Source: Paraspadella gotoi
Lineage: Eukaryota > Animalia > Chaetognatha
Assembly: GCA_051294375.1 (NCBI GenBank)
Contig: JBJCIZ010000040.1
Span: forward strand, 290,330 to 354,329
DNA: 64,000 bases
Reading direction: 5' to 3'
Shown here: in pieces, positions 24,001 through 39,130 of the stretch
How the letters are laid out: every line of letters begins with the position of its first letter
How positions within the stretch are numbered: the first letter of the stretch is position 1
Program-made: the position numbers and the translations under genes
Notes under the pieces: model-generated
Told to the model about the DNA's origin: nothing
Seen by the model: only the letters and a program-made list of their open reading frames with translations
Database searches by the model: none

Positions 24001-26682
24001 GAAGATGAAGAATTGTGACGATGTAAGAGAAGTAGAAAAGAAGTGAGTGTAGCTCTCTCCTGATCCACTTTTATCATCGCCCGGACCAACTTGACCTTAC
24101 GGTCGCCTCGGCCCTATTACTGTGTCCGGTCAATCTAAGGTCATTGCCAAAGCTAGGGCAAAGTGACCGTGTGGATAAACCAGCTCGGAGAAAAAGGAGA
24201 GAGGAAGGGTTTAGAGAGAAAGACCGGTGGTAAGTCGCCTCATAAGCTTCCATTTTTAAAAAGTTGTAAAAGTTTTAAAAAGTTAAGCACACTCGGGCCT
24301 GTAAGTACTTGTTAAAATTTTTAGATGATCAACACCTTTCAGATCCCAATCTACTTCTACGTCTCGACGGTCAGTCTATGCAAGGCAAGCGCACCAGTTG
24401 TTATGATGTAAAATATTCTCAATTTGTTATATAGGAACATAAAGGTCAGAGAATTTTATAACTAATGAAATGAATGAAAATCAATCAGTCATTTAAGAGT
24501 AATATTGTAATAATTATTTCACTAAACTAGCCATAGCTAGAAATCTACTATGAAATTAAATTCAATAGGGGCGGGGGTTCAAAACTTTAGTCTTGAAGTC
24601 TACTTTCAGGTAAAAAAAAGTTCAATTATAACGCTTTTATTGTTGCTATCAAAATTACAATATTACTATATAATGATAAAAGTTTTTTTTAATCAATCTT
24701 ATCTTTTTTGATGGATTCTGATAGAGCATAAAAAGTTAAATAAAAAATATAACATCTGACACATAATTATTGAGACGGCTTCCGGGGCCTGTAGACGGCG
24801 TCTAGGACGCGTAGAAAGCTCCTTTTTTTTTAATGAAGCCTAGAATGTTTGTCTGCCAAACTGTGAATTTTTTTTTATCGGCCCGCGAGTTTTCAAGATG
24901 CAGTCAATTTCCTCTGAAGCGCGCTGTCAAGTCATTGCCCAATTCTACCAAAATCATGAACAAGAAGGAGCAGCAGTTACTTTAAAGTATTTTTGAAGCT
25001 AAATGTTAGCACTTAGCCGTCCATCTATTTATCGCGTAATACAAAGAGTAAGGTCTGAAGTTACTCTCAAGCACAAAAAAGTCGAAGGGCGGCCAAGAAA
25101 ACTCACGGCAAGACAGTCGCGCACCATCAATGGAAAATAAAGTTGGGTTTTCTTCGAGAGAGCTGGCGTCTCGATTGAAGGTCCCTACGCCACATTTCAC
25201 TAGAAAATCGTGACTTTTTTGGTTCAACTTGTTCATCTGTATTTAGTTAACGTTATTAGTATTAAAAAATTTTATTTTGTATTTATATTTACAATAAAAT
25301 GTTATAAACGTTAACACATTCAATCTTTTGTCTCAATAATTATGTTTTCTTGGTAAAAATTGAGAAAAACTTTTTCAAAAAGTAATAAAATTATCGAAAG
25401 ATGATGATGATAATGATTATAAATACTTTTTCTGATATAAATCCNNNNNNNNNNGCTTTGTCTTCGACGATGAGCTCGATGCATTAGATGATCCAACCAC
25501 GACTGTGGATGCATCTTCCAGTCCTTTGCCCATGTTGACGAACGGTGGGGGCGCTGATGAAGACAGCGACCACCCAATCGTATAGACTCTCGCTTTTATA
25601 CCGACGACGTTTTTTATTTAAGGTTTTTATTCAGTTTTTAGATTGCCATTTTTTTTTTTATTGCTCTGTTTTTAATGTTTGATTATCTACGTATCGAATC
25701 AATGTTTCAGCTATGATTGTTAATTCGCCCGTCTCATGTTTTAAATTTGATAAGACCATGATTTTACAACTTATAATATTTAGGGTTTTACGTTTTTATG
25801 GTTTATACGTTTCTTTACGTTAGTTCATTACGTTTGAAAAAAAAAAAATAGTTTCCTAGTTTTCTTAATCTGTCAACGTTTATGTATTTTTTTCTTTTTT
25901 TTTATGACAATATTACGACGCGACGACATGATTGTGTCCCTCGTTGACGGTTTTCACGTGGCAGCTTCTGCGAATGCTGACCACGACAACGAGACCGGGT
26001 TTTATTATTTTCTTTTTTTTGACGACGACCGTCACTACGATTACGATGAAAACTACGTCCCTTGTTCCGCGGTAGAGCCGGAGTACCGAGATACTCTACC
26101 TGCGTTGACGAGGTCAAGGGAAGGCGAGCCCGGTGACTCTCTGACTTGATATCCACCGGAGAGGCGTGTGTCACGACCTTCTTATGGAGACGAGCGTGAC
26201 CTCGGATGACCTTGGTTGCTGCCGAGGCTAAGCCTGCGATGTTCTGCCCGCAGCAAGAAGTTTGACATCCCTGGAGGTCCTTGATCGCCGACGGAGGGTG
26301 TGATAGCATGCCTAGACCGCGGTGACGAGCGGTGGGGGCGCCGGTAAGTGCCTTAACACAACTTGGGAACTGACAAGACGGACCCACCATTTTTATGAGC
26401 AGTAATTATGTTTAGATTGACTTTTTTTCGTGTTTAAAGTTAAAGTAGTTTCACGTTTAACGTTTGAATCAAATTTAGATTTTGCTTTCGTAAAAAAAAA
26501 AATTATTATGTCTAGGTTAAATGTCTTTGGCAAGATTAATTCATTTTACATTGTTTTAGGTTTATGCTGCTTAGTGCTTACATTGCTTTTAAGCTTACGA
26601 TTTTCTAAGATTGATTACATGTACGGATTTGAATATTTTAATTATTGAAACGATTTTATTCCAATGTATTGTTTTGCTTATT

Positions 26683-29600
26683 GATCGCAAAGATGCAAAG
26701 CTTCTGTCCTTGCGGTCCAGGATGGGAGGGCCTCGACCAATCAACCGTCGAAGTTGGGAAGAAGATTATTTTACCTTTTTCCCCACGAATTTCACGCGTT
26801 AGCATTCAAGGAAACGCCGGTTGCTTGGAGTTTAATTGAGACGCTCGATCTTGCCCCTTGGACGGGCCAACCGTTCTAAAACATGCGTTTATCAATTGCA
26901 GTAATGGTTTTGACTTTGATGCACGAATTTTTATCTTGTTTTTATTTATGTTCTATCTGTTTTTACTCGTTTCGTGCCTTTTGTTATGGATGCAAATATA
27001 AATTACTAACCGCTAACCTTTGGATTCCTGGTCGAAATATTAGGTTTTTAGGCAGCAAGATCAAACATTTAGAAACGGAGCTGGAACGACATCGCGTCTT
27101 CGCCGAGGTTGAGAGATTTGAAAAAGGTGAGAATTTGAAAATTCGATTGAAATTTTTACTTTGATTCCCGGCCTTTTTATGACGCGAAATTTTTCGCCAA
27201 AAACGCGACGCTGGTGAAAAAAACTAATATTTCTTTCTCCCTTTCTCTCTTCGGCGAAAATTAACGACGCGCCGGAGATTTCATGATACTAAGGCAAAAA
27301 ATATTTGTCTTCATTTAACGACGCTGATGGTGGAGAAGATGTTGAGAATTTCTGCCGTCTTCTCACACCTTCAGCCAAAGATTATTGACGGCTTGAGCAT
27401 CGTCGTTCTGACGACGGACGCTCGCCTTTATACGTTTTGACATATTATTTAACCTTTTCCCCTTTTATTTTTCGGTTTTTTTCTTTCCTATAGATTCGAG
27501 ATAGCTTCCCACTTGGCTCCGCCTTTGCCGGTGCCTCGCAAAATCAGCCTGATGTGAGCTTTGGGCGGCGCCATCTGGAGTTGGTTCGCGGAGCTGAAGC
27601 AGGTCGCAGAAGGAAGATTCCGGATTACAACCCTCGGATGCGGGTCAATGCCGCCCTGATGTGTGTGGAAGGGACGAGCATGACGACATTGGATTCAAAA
27701 AGAACTAAGTGCTAACAGAGATGAAGTGAATGCAAGCTGTTGAGCTACTTCTTCTTGCTTTGGGATGTTTGGCACAGCAAAGAGGTTTCCAAGGAGCCCA
27801 AGTTTATGGTCTCCTCCCAGATCTTTTTTCCTGATACGGCTGTGGAGTGCTTGGTGTTCTACCACTCAGGTTGATGGTAAGGCCCAAAGGTGATTGTCAA
27901 CTGGTCACCTGCTGATGAATTTAGAAAGGGCCTTTCTTCAGTCTGAAGGGAGGGTGCACCTGCACAGGCTACCTTCCAAGTGGGCAGAGCTGTGGGTGAA
28001 GCTCAGCCTGGCTGGTCTTGTGGTGGCTCCAGAAGGGCTGCTAACAGGAACTGCCGGGCTTCCAAGCTGCCCTAGTTATGCTGCTCGGGAGCATTCCACC
28101 ATTTCTAGCAGGAAGATCAGGGACAAAGAGGGAAGGGAGGTCAGTCAGCAATCTGGTTCTGGAGAGATTCGCATGGGTCTGGTAAGAGTAGCAGGTTCTG
28201 CCTTAAATCTATGAAAAGCTGAGTTAGCAGCAATTAAAAGCTACACAGGCTATTGCCAGGAAATGGTTGAATATATTGAAAAAAGATTTTTGACAGAATC
28301 AAGCTTTTAAATGCTGCTTTAGAAAACAAAAATTTGAAAGAGATCTTAATTAAAAGAATTGAAGGAAAGAAGATTTCCAGGATGACTTGCAGCAAGAATT
28401 GATGCTGCTGAAGCTATTGATAATGAACAAGAATTACCTTCTTCTTGCAGATCCTCCCTCAACCTACACAGGATATTGGTCGCGGATTGGACGGCCAAAA
28501 GCATCCTCCGTCGACTGGATGGCTACAATGGAGGTGATGCTGCTGCTTCCAACGGCAGTAGAGAAGAATTCTTTAAAGGAGAACCATCGATTTCAAAGGA
28601 TCCTTCACCAGGTGCTATTGCTCTGAATCCTTTGGCAGGGGTTTAGGTTCCTCTATTAATCCGTCTCTTTGGTTTCAGCCGCAGCAGCGCCTGTAATCGG
28701 TGCAGCCCTTCCTCCCACCGTCCCTCCAACACATTCAGATGTCGGGAGGATTGTGCCCTGCTGCACATGGTTGGCGGCAGCACTTTGCAACGTAAGCGCC
28801 ATCTCAAAAGGGCAAGAAAATGGTCCGGGCACACCAGCAGTTGTTTGAGCCTTTCCTGAGGGAATGCTATACACGTTGAGAGTGTTCAGGGCATGAACTG
28901 GGCATGACAAGTTTTTTGAATTGTTGAGTGGACTAAGGGAGGCGCAATATGGCGATCCAAGAGTTTAAGATGCAATGCCAATGGTGACGAAGCTCTGGAA
29001 TTTCAAAGACCAAGATTACGCGAATATTGGGGTTACAAAAATGTACTGCTTTGGGATAAATTGGAAGAGCTTCCTGAGAGAAGAGGAGAGATCAAAGTTC
29101 TCTGAAGGCATTGATGGTCTGCGCGAATTTTGTTGGGATCTCCAATGGATGGCAAAGGTTAAGTCTCAAATTCAATGCATGATTATAAAGAGTTGATCTC
29201 CATGACGTCCTGCGGGAATCATCGAAAAGACATCCCCTTCATCAGAAGAGCTTGGAAGGGAAAATTTCACCAGCAAGATGACGGTCACGGTTGAATCGCA
29301 TCAGCAATGACACGCGGAATGGACTGGACTCCACTGCTGTGGCAAGAAGATTCCGTATTGTCAAGTATGTAAGAATGAACAAATATTATGATTGTTCTTT
29401 GTTCCAAATCAAATCGGTGTCTGAAGCGAGGAGTTTCCCAGATTCGGAGCACTGGCAGCTGCTATTGATGTCTGCGCAGGAGGACACATGCAATCAAGAT
29501 TGCTGGGTTCAAAGAGATTGTGTAGCAAGTGCCGATTCCAGATCTACAGCACCCGCTCCTTCATTTTGATGCTCAACTGCCCAGTCTCAGTTCGGATTTT

Positions 29601-32600
29601 GGTGACCTGCCCAGAGAAGGTGGTTCGATATCTAGAGATGATTGGAGGCTGAAGAGTCTTCAGGCAATTAATTGATTGGCTGATGGGGCATTTTTGGTGC
29701 TCTCCCCATGGAAAGGTGGCCGTAACTGCTGTGATGAACCTTTCTAAGGTTGACCATCGTCCATGGCTATCAGAGAGCCGAGAAAGCCCATGCTAAATGT
29801 TGGCTTCGCGATCTGAAGCTTTTGACACAGTGAATGGGATTGTCAGGAGTGTTGAATGAAAGAGTGCCTCTGAGATCTCAAAAGTCAGTTGACCCTCTTC
29901 AAGCCAATTCTGGACAATGCCCATAGTGCTTGTTCGTAGGAGATGATAAGCCTGGAGAGGTCAGGATTTTACCATGATGCTTAAACTGAAGTTAAGAGGT
30001 ATAAGTTGAATAGTCAGCTCCATGCAGGTCAAGACGAACAGCAAGTTATTCGGCATCGTTGCTTCGCTTTAGGGAGAACCTATCGTGCTGATGGCGGTGT
30101 GAAAGGTTTCTTTCACCAGGTGAGGGTTTCTCCTCTTGACACAGAGCTTTAAGGTTTGGCCTTTTGCGTGATTCTTGAGGTCTTTGAGCCTTAGATTCCT
30201 CAAAGCTCTCATAACTGTGTTCGGTTTTGAAACCCTCCCCATCTGACCTGGCGCATTTGTGGTCAAGGTCGTGATAAATACCATCCTGTCACAATTGAGG
30301 CAGTTAAAGGATTTGTATGTCGACGATATCATGAATGGTCAGGCCATCTGTTGAAAGATGCAAAAATTCACGTTTGAACTGCAGGAGTTGTTCGCCGCTG
30401 GTGGGTTTCAAATCACCATAATGGCGGCGAATGACCCTGAGGTGCGCCAGGCGATTAGAGATTGTGGCCATCAGGCCTGAAGAGGTTGAGGGATCCTGAT
30501 GAGCTGGATGGGAAAGCCTTGGCGTAGCTATGATTGAGGCCCAACGATGATTTGGCCTTTAAGGTTGGATCACTTAAGGAGGGGGAGAAGTGAGGACTAG
30601 GAATCGTCTCTCCCCTACCTCATTTGCCAAACGGCATACTTCAGCGCTTGTGTCGAGAAGGGGTGCAATTGGGATGATCCTGTGCCCAAGGACGAGTTAG
30701 ATTTGTTCATGGAATGGAGAGGTTCCCCGGCCGAGATTGAAAAAATTAAGGCTTCAGGAGAATACCATCTCCCATCGAGTTTGGAGATGTTGGTGACAGG
30801 GCAGCTCCACCCTGTTGGTGATGCCTCCATGGAAGCATATGGTGCGGGTTTGCTATCTTCGCTTGCTTTTGACCTCGCGATCGAGGTGGCAACCCATTTC
30901 AATCAAGAAATAAGGCTGTTGAGGAAGAACACTCCCGCGTCTGTGAATTAACTGCTGCAGTCGTGGCGGTTGACCTCTACAGTTTGCTAGAAACAAGAAC
31001 TCGATGGAAAAGGGCAGACTCCGTTGACTCTGTGGTGTCGGACTCTCAATGTGTCCTGAAGCAGATTCGCAATACAGAGACCCTTTAAGCCTTTGTTGCA
31101 ATCGCGTCAACAAAGATCCTGGAAAGGGACGGACGGCCTATCAGTGGAAGATTGTTCCCTACGGACGTTAAATCCAGCTGACATGTGCTCCAGAGGGGCT
31201 TGAGGGCTGATGCGGAAGGAGAAGTGGACCAACTCCATCAGGGTCCCAGGTTTCTCCAGAGAGTTGCCCGAGTCTGGCCCATGGAGCAGATGTGACTAAA
31301 GCCTGAAGAAGTTTACTGTCGTGCCAGAGTGACATGTTAATGTTACTAGGCTGTGAAGATGACTTGTTTTACCGCTCTTTGAGAATTTCAACATGGAAAA
31401 GAAGCGGTTCGACGCATATCGTCTTGCAGCGGTTTCTGGACCACCTCTTCAGTTCTCGCAGGTCTCTTTATTCCTCTTGAGCGTGCTGAGGTGACTTGGT
31501 CCGGTTTACGTGCAGCAGCAGTCATTCTCTGCACATTGAAGCGTTTGGCAATTTTCAGAGAGATGTCGAGACGAGAGCTTCGATCGGGGAATTTGCCTCT
31601 GAGAAAGTCTTGACCCCTTTGTGATGATGCCGGCACCCATAGGTTGTGGCAGATCTTGACAAGCGCGGACGAGGAGTATCGACTAGACACCCATGGATCT
31701 CCTTCGTCGTACATCTTGTCAAGGACCTGATTCAAAAGTATCATGAAGAGTTTGGCGGCATGGTGGGGTGGAGGCCACATTGGCTTCATCTTCGGTCTAA
31801 GTTCTGGATCAATGGGGCGCGCTCTGCCACCAGATCAATGGAGATGCATTGTTTTTCATTGCCGAAAGATGCGAGCGCAACCCCTTGACCAGAAAATGGG
31901 CACCTTCTTACTGACCGATCGTGATGAACAAGGCCATCCATTCCTCTCTACACGGTGTAGGACTTAATTTGGTGCCGTAGGAAGAGATTGAGACCGTTTG
32001 CAGCATGAAGTTGAGGCGCGGTAGCCACCGTGGAGCTTTTCTGATGGTGAAGGTCGCCATCAAAGTGACGCTTGCACTACCGTCCACAAGCCATTCAGGT
32101 TTGTTGTTGTTGTCAAAACGTGCAGTAAGGGTTCTGTACTACCAGCAGCGGCCGTTTACTGCCTCCGGTGTGGTCGGCCGTTTCCCCCGGCTTGCATAAC
32201 CTGGTAGCATTTGATTGCTTGGTCCTCCAAATTTGTCCGATGATTAGAAACAAGTCCATTGATTGAAATCAGGAGAGGAGTTGAAAGAGTTTTGCCAACT
32301 GGTTGATGATGTGAATTGTCGTGCTGTTGCTGTTGTTGGGGAAACGGCGCTGCTGTGTTGTCGCTGTGTCTTTGGTGAAGCCAGGGGCCAGACCTGTTCC
32401 TGGGTGTAGTTGGCCACGTCCCGAAAGTCGTGGCAAACACGCTGCGTACGTGCGTCGGTGGATGCATCATCCGCAAGTTGGGCGGGAAAGTCAGAAAGGT
32501 CCTCCGAGATGCCCCATCGATTAGGTGTCGATATGATTGACACTTTTCAAATTGGTTTTGACGTGATCTTGAAGATCACCTTGGGCAGAATAAAATGCGT

Positions 32601-34137
32601 TCGCCTTCTTGGCGATCGCTTCCGGGTCTTCGTCCCCATCGCTGACTACCCTTCCGGCCACCGTGGCTGGAGAGAAGATGAAGAAATTGTGACGATGTAA
32701 GAGAAGTAGAAAAGAAGTGAGTGTAGCTTCTCTCCTGATCCACTTTTATTCATCGCCCGGACAAACTTGACTTACGGGTCGCCTCGGCCCTATTACTGTG
32801 TCCGGTTCAATCTAAGGTCATTGCCAAAGGCTTAGGGCAAAGTGGACCGTGTCTGGATAAACCAGCTCGGAGAAAAGGAGAGAGGAAGGTTTAGAAGGAG
32901 AAAAGACGTGGTAAGTCGCCTCAATAAGCTTCCATTTTTAAAAAAGTTGTAAAAGTTTTTAAAAAGTTAAGGCACAACTCGGGCCTTAAGTACTTGTTAA
33001 AAATTTTTAGATGCATCACACCTTTCAGATCCCAATCACTTCTCTACGTTCTCGACGGTCAGTCTATGCAAGGCAAGCGCACCAGTTTTTATGATTGTAA
33101 AAATATTCTTCAATTTGTATATAGGAACATAAAGGTCAGAGATTATAACTAATGATGAATGAAAATCAATCAGTCATTTAAGAGTAATATTGTAATAATT
33201 ATTTTCAACTAAACTAGCCATAGCTAGAAATCTAACTATGAAATTAAATTCAATAGGGGCGGGGGTTCAAAATTTAGTCTTGAAGTCTACTTTCAGGGTA
33301 AAAAAAAGTTCAATTATAACGCTTTTATTGTTGCTATCAAAATATACAATATTACTATATAATGATAAAAGTTTTTTTTAATCAATCTTATCTTTTTTGA
33401 ATGGATTCTGATAGAGCATAAAAGTTAAATAAAAAATATAACATCTGACAACATAATTATTTGAAGACGGCTTCCGGGGCCTGTAGACGGGCGTCTAGGA
33501 CGCCGTAGAAAAGCTCCTTTTTTTTTAATGAAGCCTAGAATGTTTGTCTGCCAAACTGTGAATTTTTTTTTATCGGCCCGCGAGTTTTCAAGATGCAGTC
33601 AATTTTCCTCTGAAGCGCGCTGTCAAGTCATTGCCCAATTCTACCAAAATCATGAACAAGAAGGAGCAGCAGTTTACTTTAAAGTATTTTTGAAGCTAAA
33701 TGTTAGCACTTAGCCGTCCATCTATTTATCGCGTAATACAAAGAGTAAGGTCTGAAGTTACTCTCAAGCACAAAAACGTCGAAGGGCGGCCAAGAAAACT
33801 CACGGCAAGACAGTCGCGCACCATCAATGGAAAATAAAGTTGGGTTTTCTTCGAGAGAGCTGGCGTCTCGATTGAAGGTCCCTACGCCACATTTCACTAG
33901 AAAATCGTGACTTTTTTGGTTCAACTTGTTCATCTGTATTTAGTTAACGTTATTAGTATTAAAAAATTTTATTTTGTATTTATATTTACAATAAAATGTT
34001 ATAAACGTTAAACACATTCAATCTTTTGTCTCAATAATTATGTTTTCTTGGTAAAAATTGAGAAAAACTTTTTCAAAAAGTAATAAAATTATCGAAAGAT
34101 GATGATGATAATGATTATAAATATTTTTCTGATATAA
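26683..34137 (+). repeat. Indel-rich duplicate of 18104-25440 (BEL/Gypsy chimera and flank)
   Basis: Colinear copy differing mostly by 1-nt indels; begins about 1.2 kb after an N-gap. Confidence 0.9.
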
Positions 34138-34200
34138 TCCTTTCTTTTCGTTGTTTGGGACGATTAGAGACAGTTTGAGTTTAGTTTTGACAACGATTTT

Positions 34201-35435
34201 ATTTGATTCAAAAACAGACATGTTTCGGCTTCATTTCAAGCCTTCATCAGCATTAGTGAACTTTGAAAATATTTTTGTGTAAAGGAAGAGAGAAAGAGAG
34301 ATAAAAGAGAGAGAGAGGCAAAGTTTCCAACACAGAGTTTAGAAAGGACAGTGGTCAATTGGTGAGGACAGGCTGAAGTTGAGAAAAAGACAGAGTAAGT
34401 TGTGAAAAGAAGTGAAATGGTGAAAAAGAGAGAGAGAGAGAGAGAGAGAGAAAAACAGTGCAAAATCTTTACATTGTGTAATGTATAACAATAAGAAAAA
34501 ATTTTAAACTGATGAATATTAGTGAAGTATAACAATTAATCTACTTAATAATTAGTGAGAGTGAAACAGGAAATTTGAAATTGAAAGGATAGATTTGAGA
34601 GATGAGTTAGTAAGTAATAAAGTGAAATTGAGAAGTAAAGATAGAGCTCAAAATGGAGCAACTCAGTCCCTTCCTCTGTGGAATGAGCGCCGCCCAAAAC
34701 GGCGGCTACAGGAGGAGGGAGAGGAGCCCGACACTCCTGTCGCAAAAGCGGCAAGAACGGACAACCGCCCGCCTCGCCAGCAGGCGAGAAGAGGGCAGTC
34801 GGCAGGCGTATCAGGCCAGAGAGACATTCGAATAGCACTTGGGCTCTTCCCGCAGGGAACTCTTCCTGACGCATCCATGACAAGCTCAATCCAACTGTCA
34901 TCTCAGCCTATGACATGCCAATGACCCGGCCTCATCGATCATGCCTCTCATTTGCCCATGCCAAGGGGGCCAGCTCATTTTGAGCTCTATCTTTACTTCT
35001 CAATTTCACTTTATTACTTACTAACTCATCTCTCAAATCTATCCTTTCAATTTCAAATTTCCTGTTTCACTCTCACTAATTATTAAGTAGATTAATTGTT
35101 ATACTTCACTAATATTCATCAGTTTAAAATTTTTCTTATTGTTATACATTACACAATGTAAAGATTTTGCACTGTTTTTCTCTCTCTCTCTCTCTCTCTC
35201 TCTTTTCACCATTTCACTTCTTTTCACAACTTACTCTGTCTTTTTCTCAACTTCAGCCTGTCCTCACCAATTGACCACTGTCCTTTCTAAACTCTGTGTT
35301 GGAAACTTTGCCCTCTCTCTCTCTCTCTCTGTTTATCTCTCTTTCTCTCTTCCTTTACACAAAATATTTTCAAAGTTCACTAATGCTGATGAAGGCTTGA
35401 AATGAAGCCGAAACATGTCTGTTTTTGAATCAAAT
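34201..35435. repeat. Long inverted repeat (arms about 455 bp, 34201-34655 and 34976-35435) around a 320-bp GC-rich spacer
   Basis: Arms are near-exact reverse complements; the right arm runs into an N-gap; arm-related sequence also occurs at 11890-12065. Confidence 0.85.
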
Positions 35436-37524
35436 NNNNNNNNNNNNNNNNNNNNNNNNNTCACAATGAATCTTTTTTTTTACGTGGACGTCCGGCCTTG
35501 GAATTAAGCACTTGTTTAAAGTCAAAGTAAAGTTATTTAACCTGAGCGACGTGATTAACCGCTCACTTTTACATTATGATTTCGTTGAAATAATTTAATT
35601 TTAACGTCGTTAATAAGTCTGTAAATTTATTTATATTTCGTTTCATGTGTTACACGCAAGGAACCCAGAAGACGTGTCAATTCCGTTCCCCTTTTTCTCA
35701 ACCCCTTTAATTCATTCCTTCGTTAATGTGTGAACTTGTCTTGTTAAGTTAATCATGTATCTGAATTTAGTAACATTTTAATTTTCTATCTGTGTACGTC
35801 ACTGAAGATCACGTTTCTGAAAGTACAAGATTAATATGTTTTGGTAACAGTTCACGTTTATTTTCCGGTTTTGTGTCTTTGAAATTAGACGATTTTTGTA
35901 TGCTCGTCGTGATAATTCGGTTTCAACGTTTTAAAAATATTTTTTTGTCTGATGATCTTTGCTTAATTGAACCGAGATTTATTTTTAAGAAACTCAAGTA
36001 CAAAATAATTGATACTTTCATAGAGAATGTTTATTTTATGATATGAACAGTTTTTATTTCAATCCGTATTTTTGTACAATGATGTTTAATGTTTTAAAAA
36101 AAAAAATTATTATGGTTTGAGGTCACTGACGTTTTCGGACGGGCTACTTAAAAATAGTTTACAAGGTTGCACAATTTTCATTTTTCTCTCATTTTTGTTT
36201 ATTTTCGTAAGTTTACTATTTTCTCATTTCTCATTTTTCTTTTACTATTTTCATTTTCCTCTATTTTCTCAATTCATCCCTCCTTCCTTCAAGGGGCAGT
36301 TTTCCGGCTCCCTTTGCTGTCACCGGAAAAGGTGGGGGTGTTGAGAGATGCCGTTGCTCATCTGTTTATTTTACTCATCATGATTCGTTTTCTACTTTTT
36401 GTCTGTTCAAGCCTATCTGTGTGCTACTTTCTATGCTCTTTACCTTCACGTTTCACAAGAGAGATCACTGAGAGACTTCAGCCCGTCCCAAAACGGCCTT
36501 TTTACGGGGACATGAGACATGTTTTCACTCAGTCACGTCTTGTCACCACTTGTAGCAGATCATGACGTCTTGTCACGTGGACAATAGACTTGTGGAGTCC
36601 CACACTTCGACCCAAGGCACTTTCGATGGACTTGTGGACAACTGACGGAGGCGGTGACAAAGAGGCTGACACCCTCGCCGACAAAGGTCTCGGCGTCACT
36701 CGCGACGGCGACACCAAAGGGGCGTGGATGCGGCCGCGCCCACTTCCGGCGACGAGGGGAGTTGACGGCAGTCTCCCCCAGTAATGGCGCGACGGGTCAT
36801 AGGACGGAGATACGCCTGGCGAGGCAGGCTGACTACTAGTTCCTCGACAATGCCAGATTTAACTCGTCCAGGACTTGCATTATTTAATTGACGTTGTTCT
36901 TTGGTCCGCCAATTCAGAAAAAAGTCGGATTTAACGCAAAAATATGTGTTTCAGATTCGTTATAACAAAAAAAATACAAAGGTAACTGTATGAGCGAAAT
37001 GAAAATGGTCAATTTACGTAACGATATAAAATACTTATAATAATATATACAATATACATGTTTCCATACGGTTTTTAACCCGAGTTTCCGCCATAATTAT
37101 CGGAACAACGATAAATAACTCCTTTATCTTTTTTCTGTCCACTCCGTCTACATCATCTCCGTCACCATTTGTTCTCATTGTGCGTCCGTTATAATCGTCG
37201 TCTTCATGACGTCATTATCGTTCTCATATAACGTCCGAATCGACAACGGTTTAAATGCGCGTTCCTTCCTCTTTGCTAAGCTTGCTTCCTGTTTGGCTGC
37301 TTGCTAGCTCTACTATGTGATTGTTTGGGCTTTTTTGGTTTTCTTTCTTTCTTCCTTTTCTTTCTTTCTTATAGTCTTTCTTTCTTATCTTTCCTTTCTT
37401 TCATCCAACTCCAATAACGACATTCTCGAATTCGCCAACGCGAAAGATCGCGCTATGACGTAACGGAAAAATCTTGACGTCTATTTTCTTTCTCGTTGCG
37501 AAGTGATATCCCGAATGTCTCTCT

Positions 37525-37599
<75 letters not shown>

Positions 37600-38499
37600 G
37601 AGTTATTAACTTTTCGTCACGTTATGACGTAGAATGTCTCATCTCAGTTTTACTTCGGCAGTTTGCAAGTAACTGCTTCGAATTTTTAGACTTAATATAT
37701 ATAAAATCGTTGTCAAAACTAAACTCAAACTGTCTCTAAATACTTTTTCATATTTTTCACTCACTTATGATCAAAATATCAAAAAAAGAATTATACTTTG
37801 TGTAGACAACGTTTTGCAAACTACCTGAATCTTATCTTAAAAATAAAAAAATCCTAAAAAGATTGTTAGCCTTTCCTATTTATAAAGAAATATTAAAAAA
37901 TTAATATATGGGGTATGGAGTAATATTATATTTTTTTCTCTATTCAAATTTTTTTTAAAATGTTTAAATTTTTGTTTGAGAAGGTGCTTGATTCAAATTT
38001 CTTAACCACCTTACTGAGTTAGGTTACTCCTACCATAGCCGATGAATTTTAAATTCTTAAGTATAAGCGTTAAAATAATCTATCATTAGCATTGATGATA
38101 GTGTTAAAATATTTGTTTTCAAAAATACTTTCTTCTGAGGGTACTCGCCGAATTAAAATTATTAAATTACTATATAAAGCAAAACATTTTTTTTTTAAAT
38201 CTTAAAAATTTTTGATGGATTCTGATAAAGCATAGAAAGTTAACCAAGAAATGCAGCTTTTAAAAATTCTTACATTTTCTCAGTAAAAATACCCAAAAAA
38301 ATGATAAAATCATAGAAAGATGATGATGATGACAATTTTTTATAGTTTTTCTTATTTTTGACCTACTTATCAAAAAAATATGTAAAAAAGAATTATACTT
38401 CGTGTAGACAACTTTTTATGAACTATCTGAATCTGGTCTTAAAATTTAAAATTTCACAAAATATTTTTTGGCCTTTCCTATCTGTAAATAAATATTAAA

Positions 38500-39130
38500 A
38501 CAAGTTTGATCAAACAATGTCGGATCTGCCCACGATCATTATCGGTAATTAATTAATTAATTAATATTTAAATTATTCAAGTTAATTAATTAATTAATTA
38601 GGCAATTTGATCCCAAATGTTTGTTTTTAGGTCTTTTCGTCACTAACCACGATAAAAGCAATGACAACGATGAGAATAATTCCGATAATGATTGACTTGA
38701 TTGACTTATTAATTAATTATTGATTAATTAATTGACTAATTGATTAATTATTACATCCTGCCCCATCCACTAATGAGCAATAGGTGTTCAAATAGTGATA
38801 TATATTTTTTTGTTTTTTCCATTTAAACTCATTTTCACTCAGACGATTCCATCGAAACTTCATATCCAGCTCAATCACACACTTCCCTACTCACACACAA
38901 AATTTTATTCAAATCCATCCATCCAATCACGAGTAATTGGTATTTTTTGCTAGGGTGGGATGGACGGACGGACAGACAGACAGACGGACATCATTTTTTT
39001 GAATAATTTATCGTAATTCGATGTTCTGACATGATATAAGTGTGTGCCCGACAATATTGAGGGGGCGGACCGACGTACCAACAAAGTGAATTATAGAGTT
39101 GGGATCTGCTGATAAGCAGATCCGACTAAA
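38500..39130 (-). mobile_element. HINE/DINE-1-like element, complete copy
   Basis: Reverse complement of the 43550-44341 architecture, with both termini. Confidence 0.7.

Noticed and set aside
25455-26680. Post-gap GC-rich ORFs (similar case at 35461-37500)
   Set aside because: No identifiable homology by eye; possibly low-quality gap-fill sequence.
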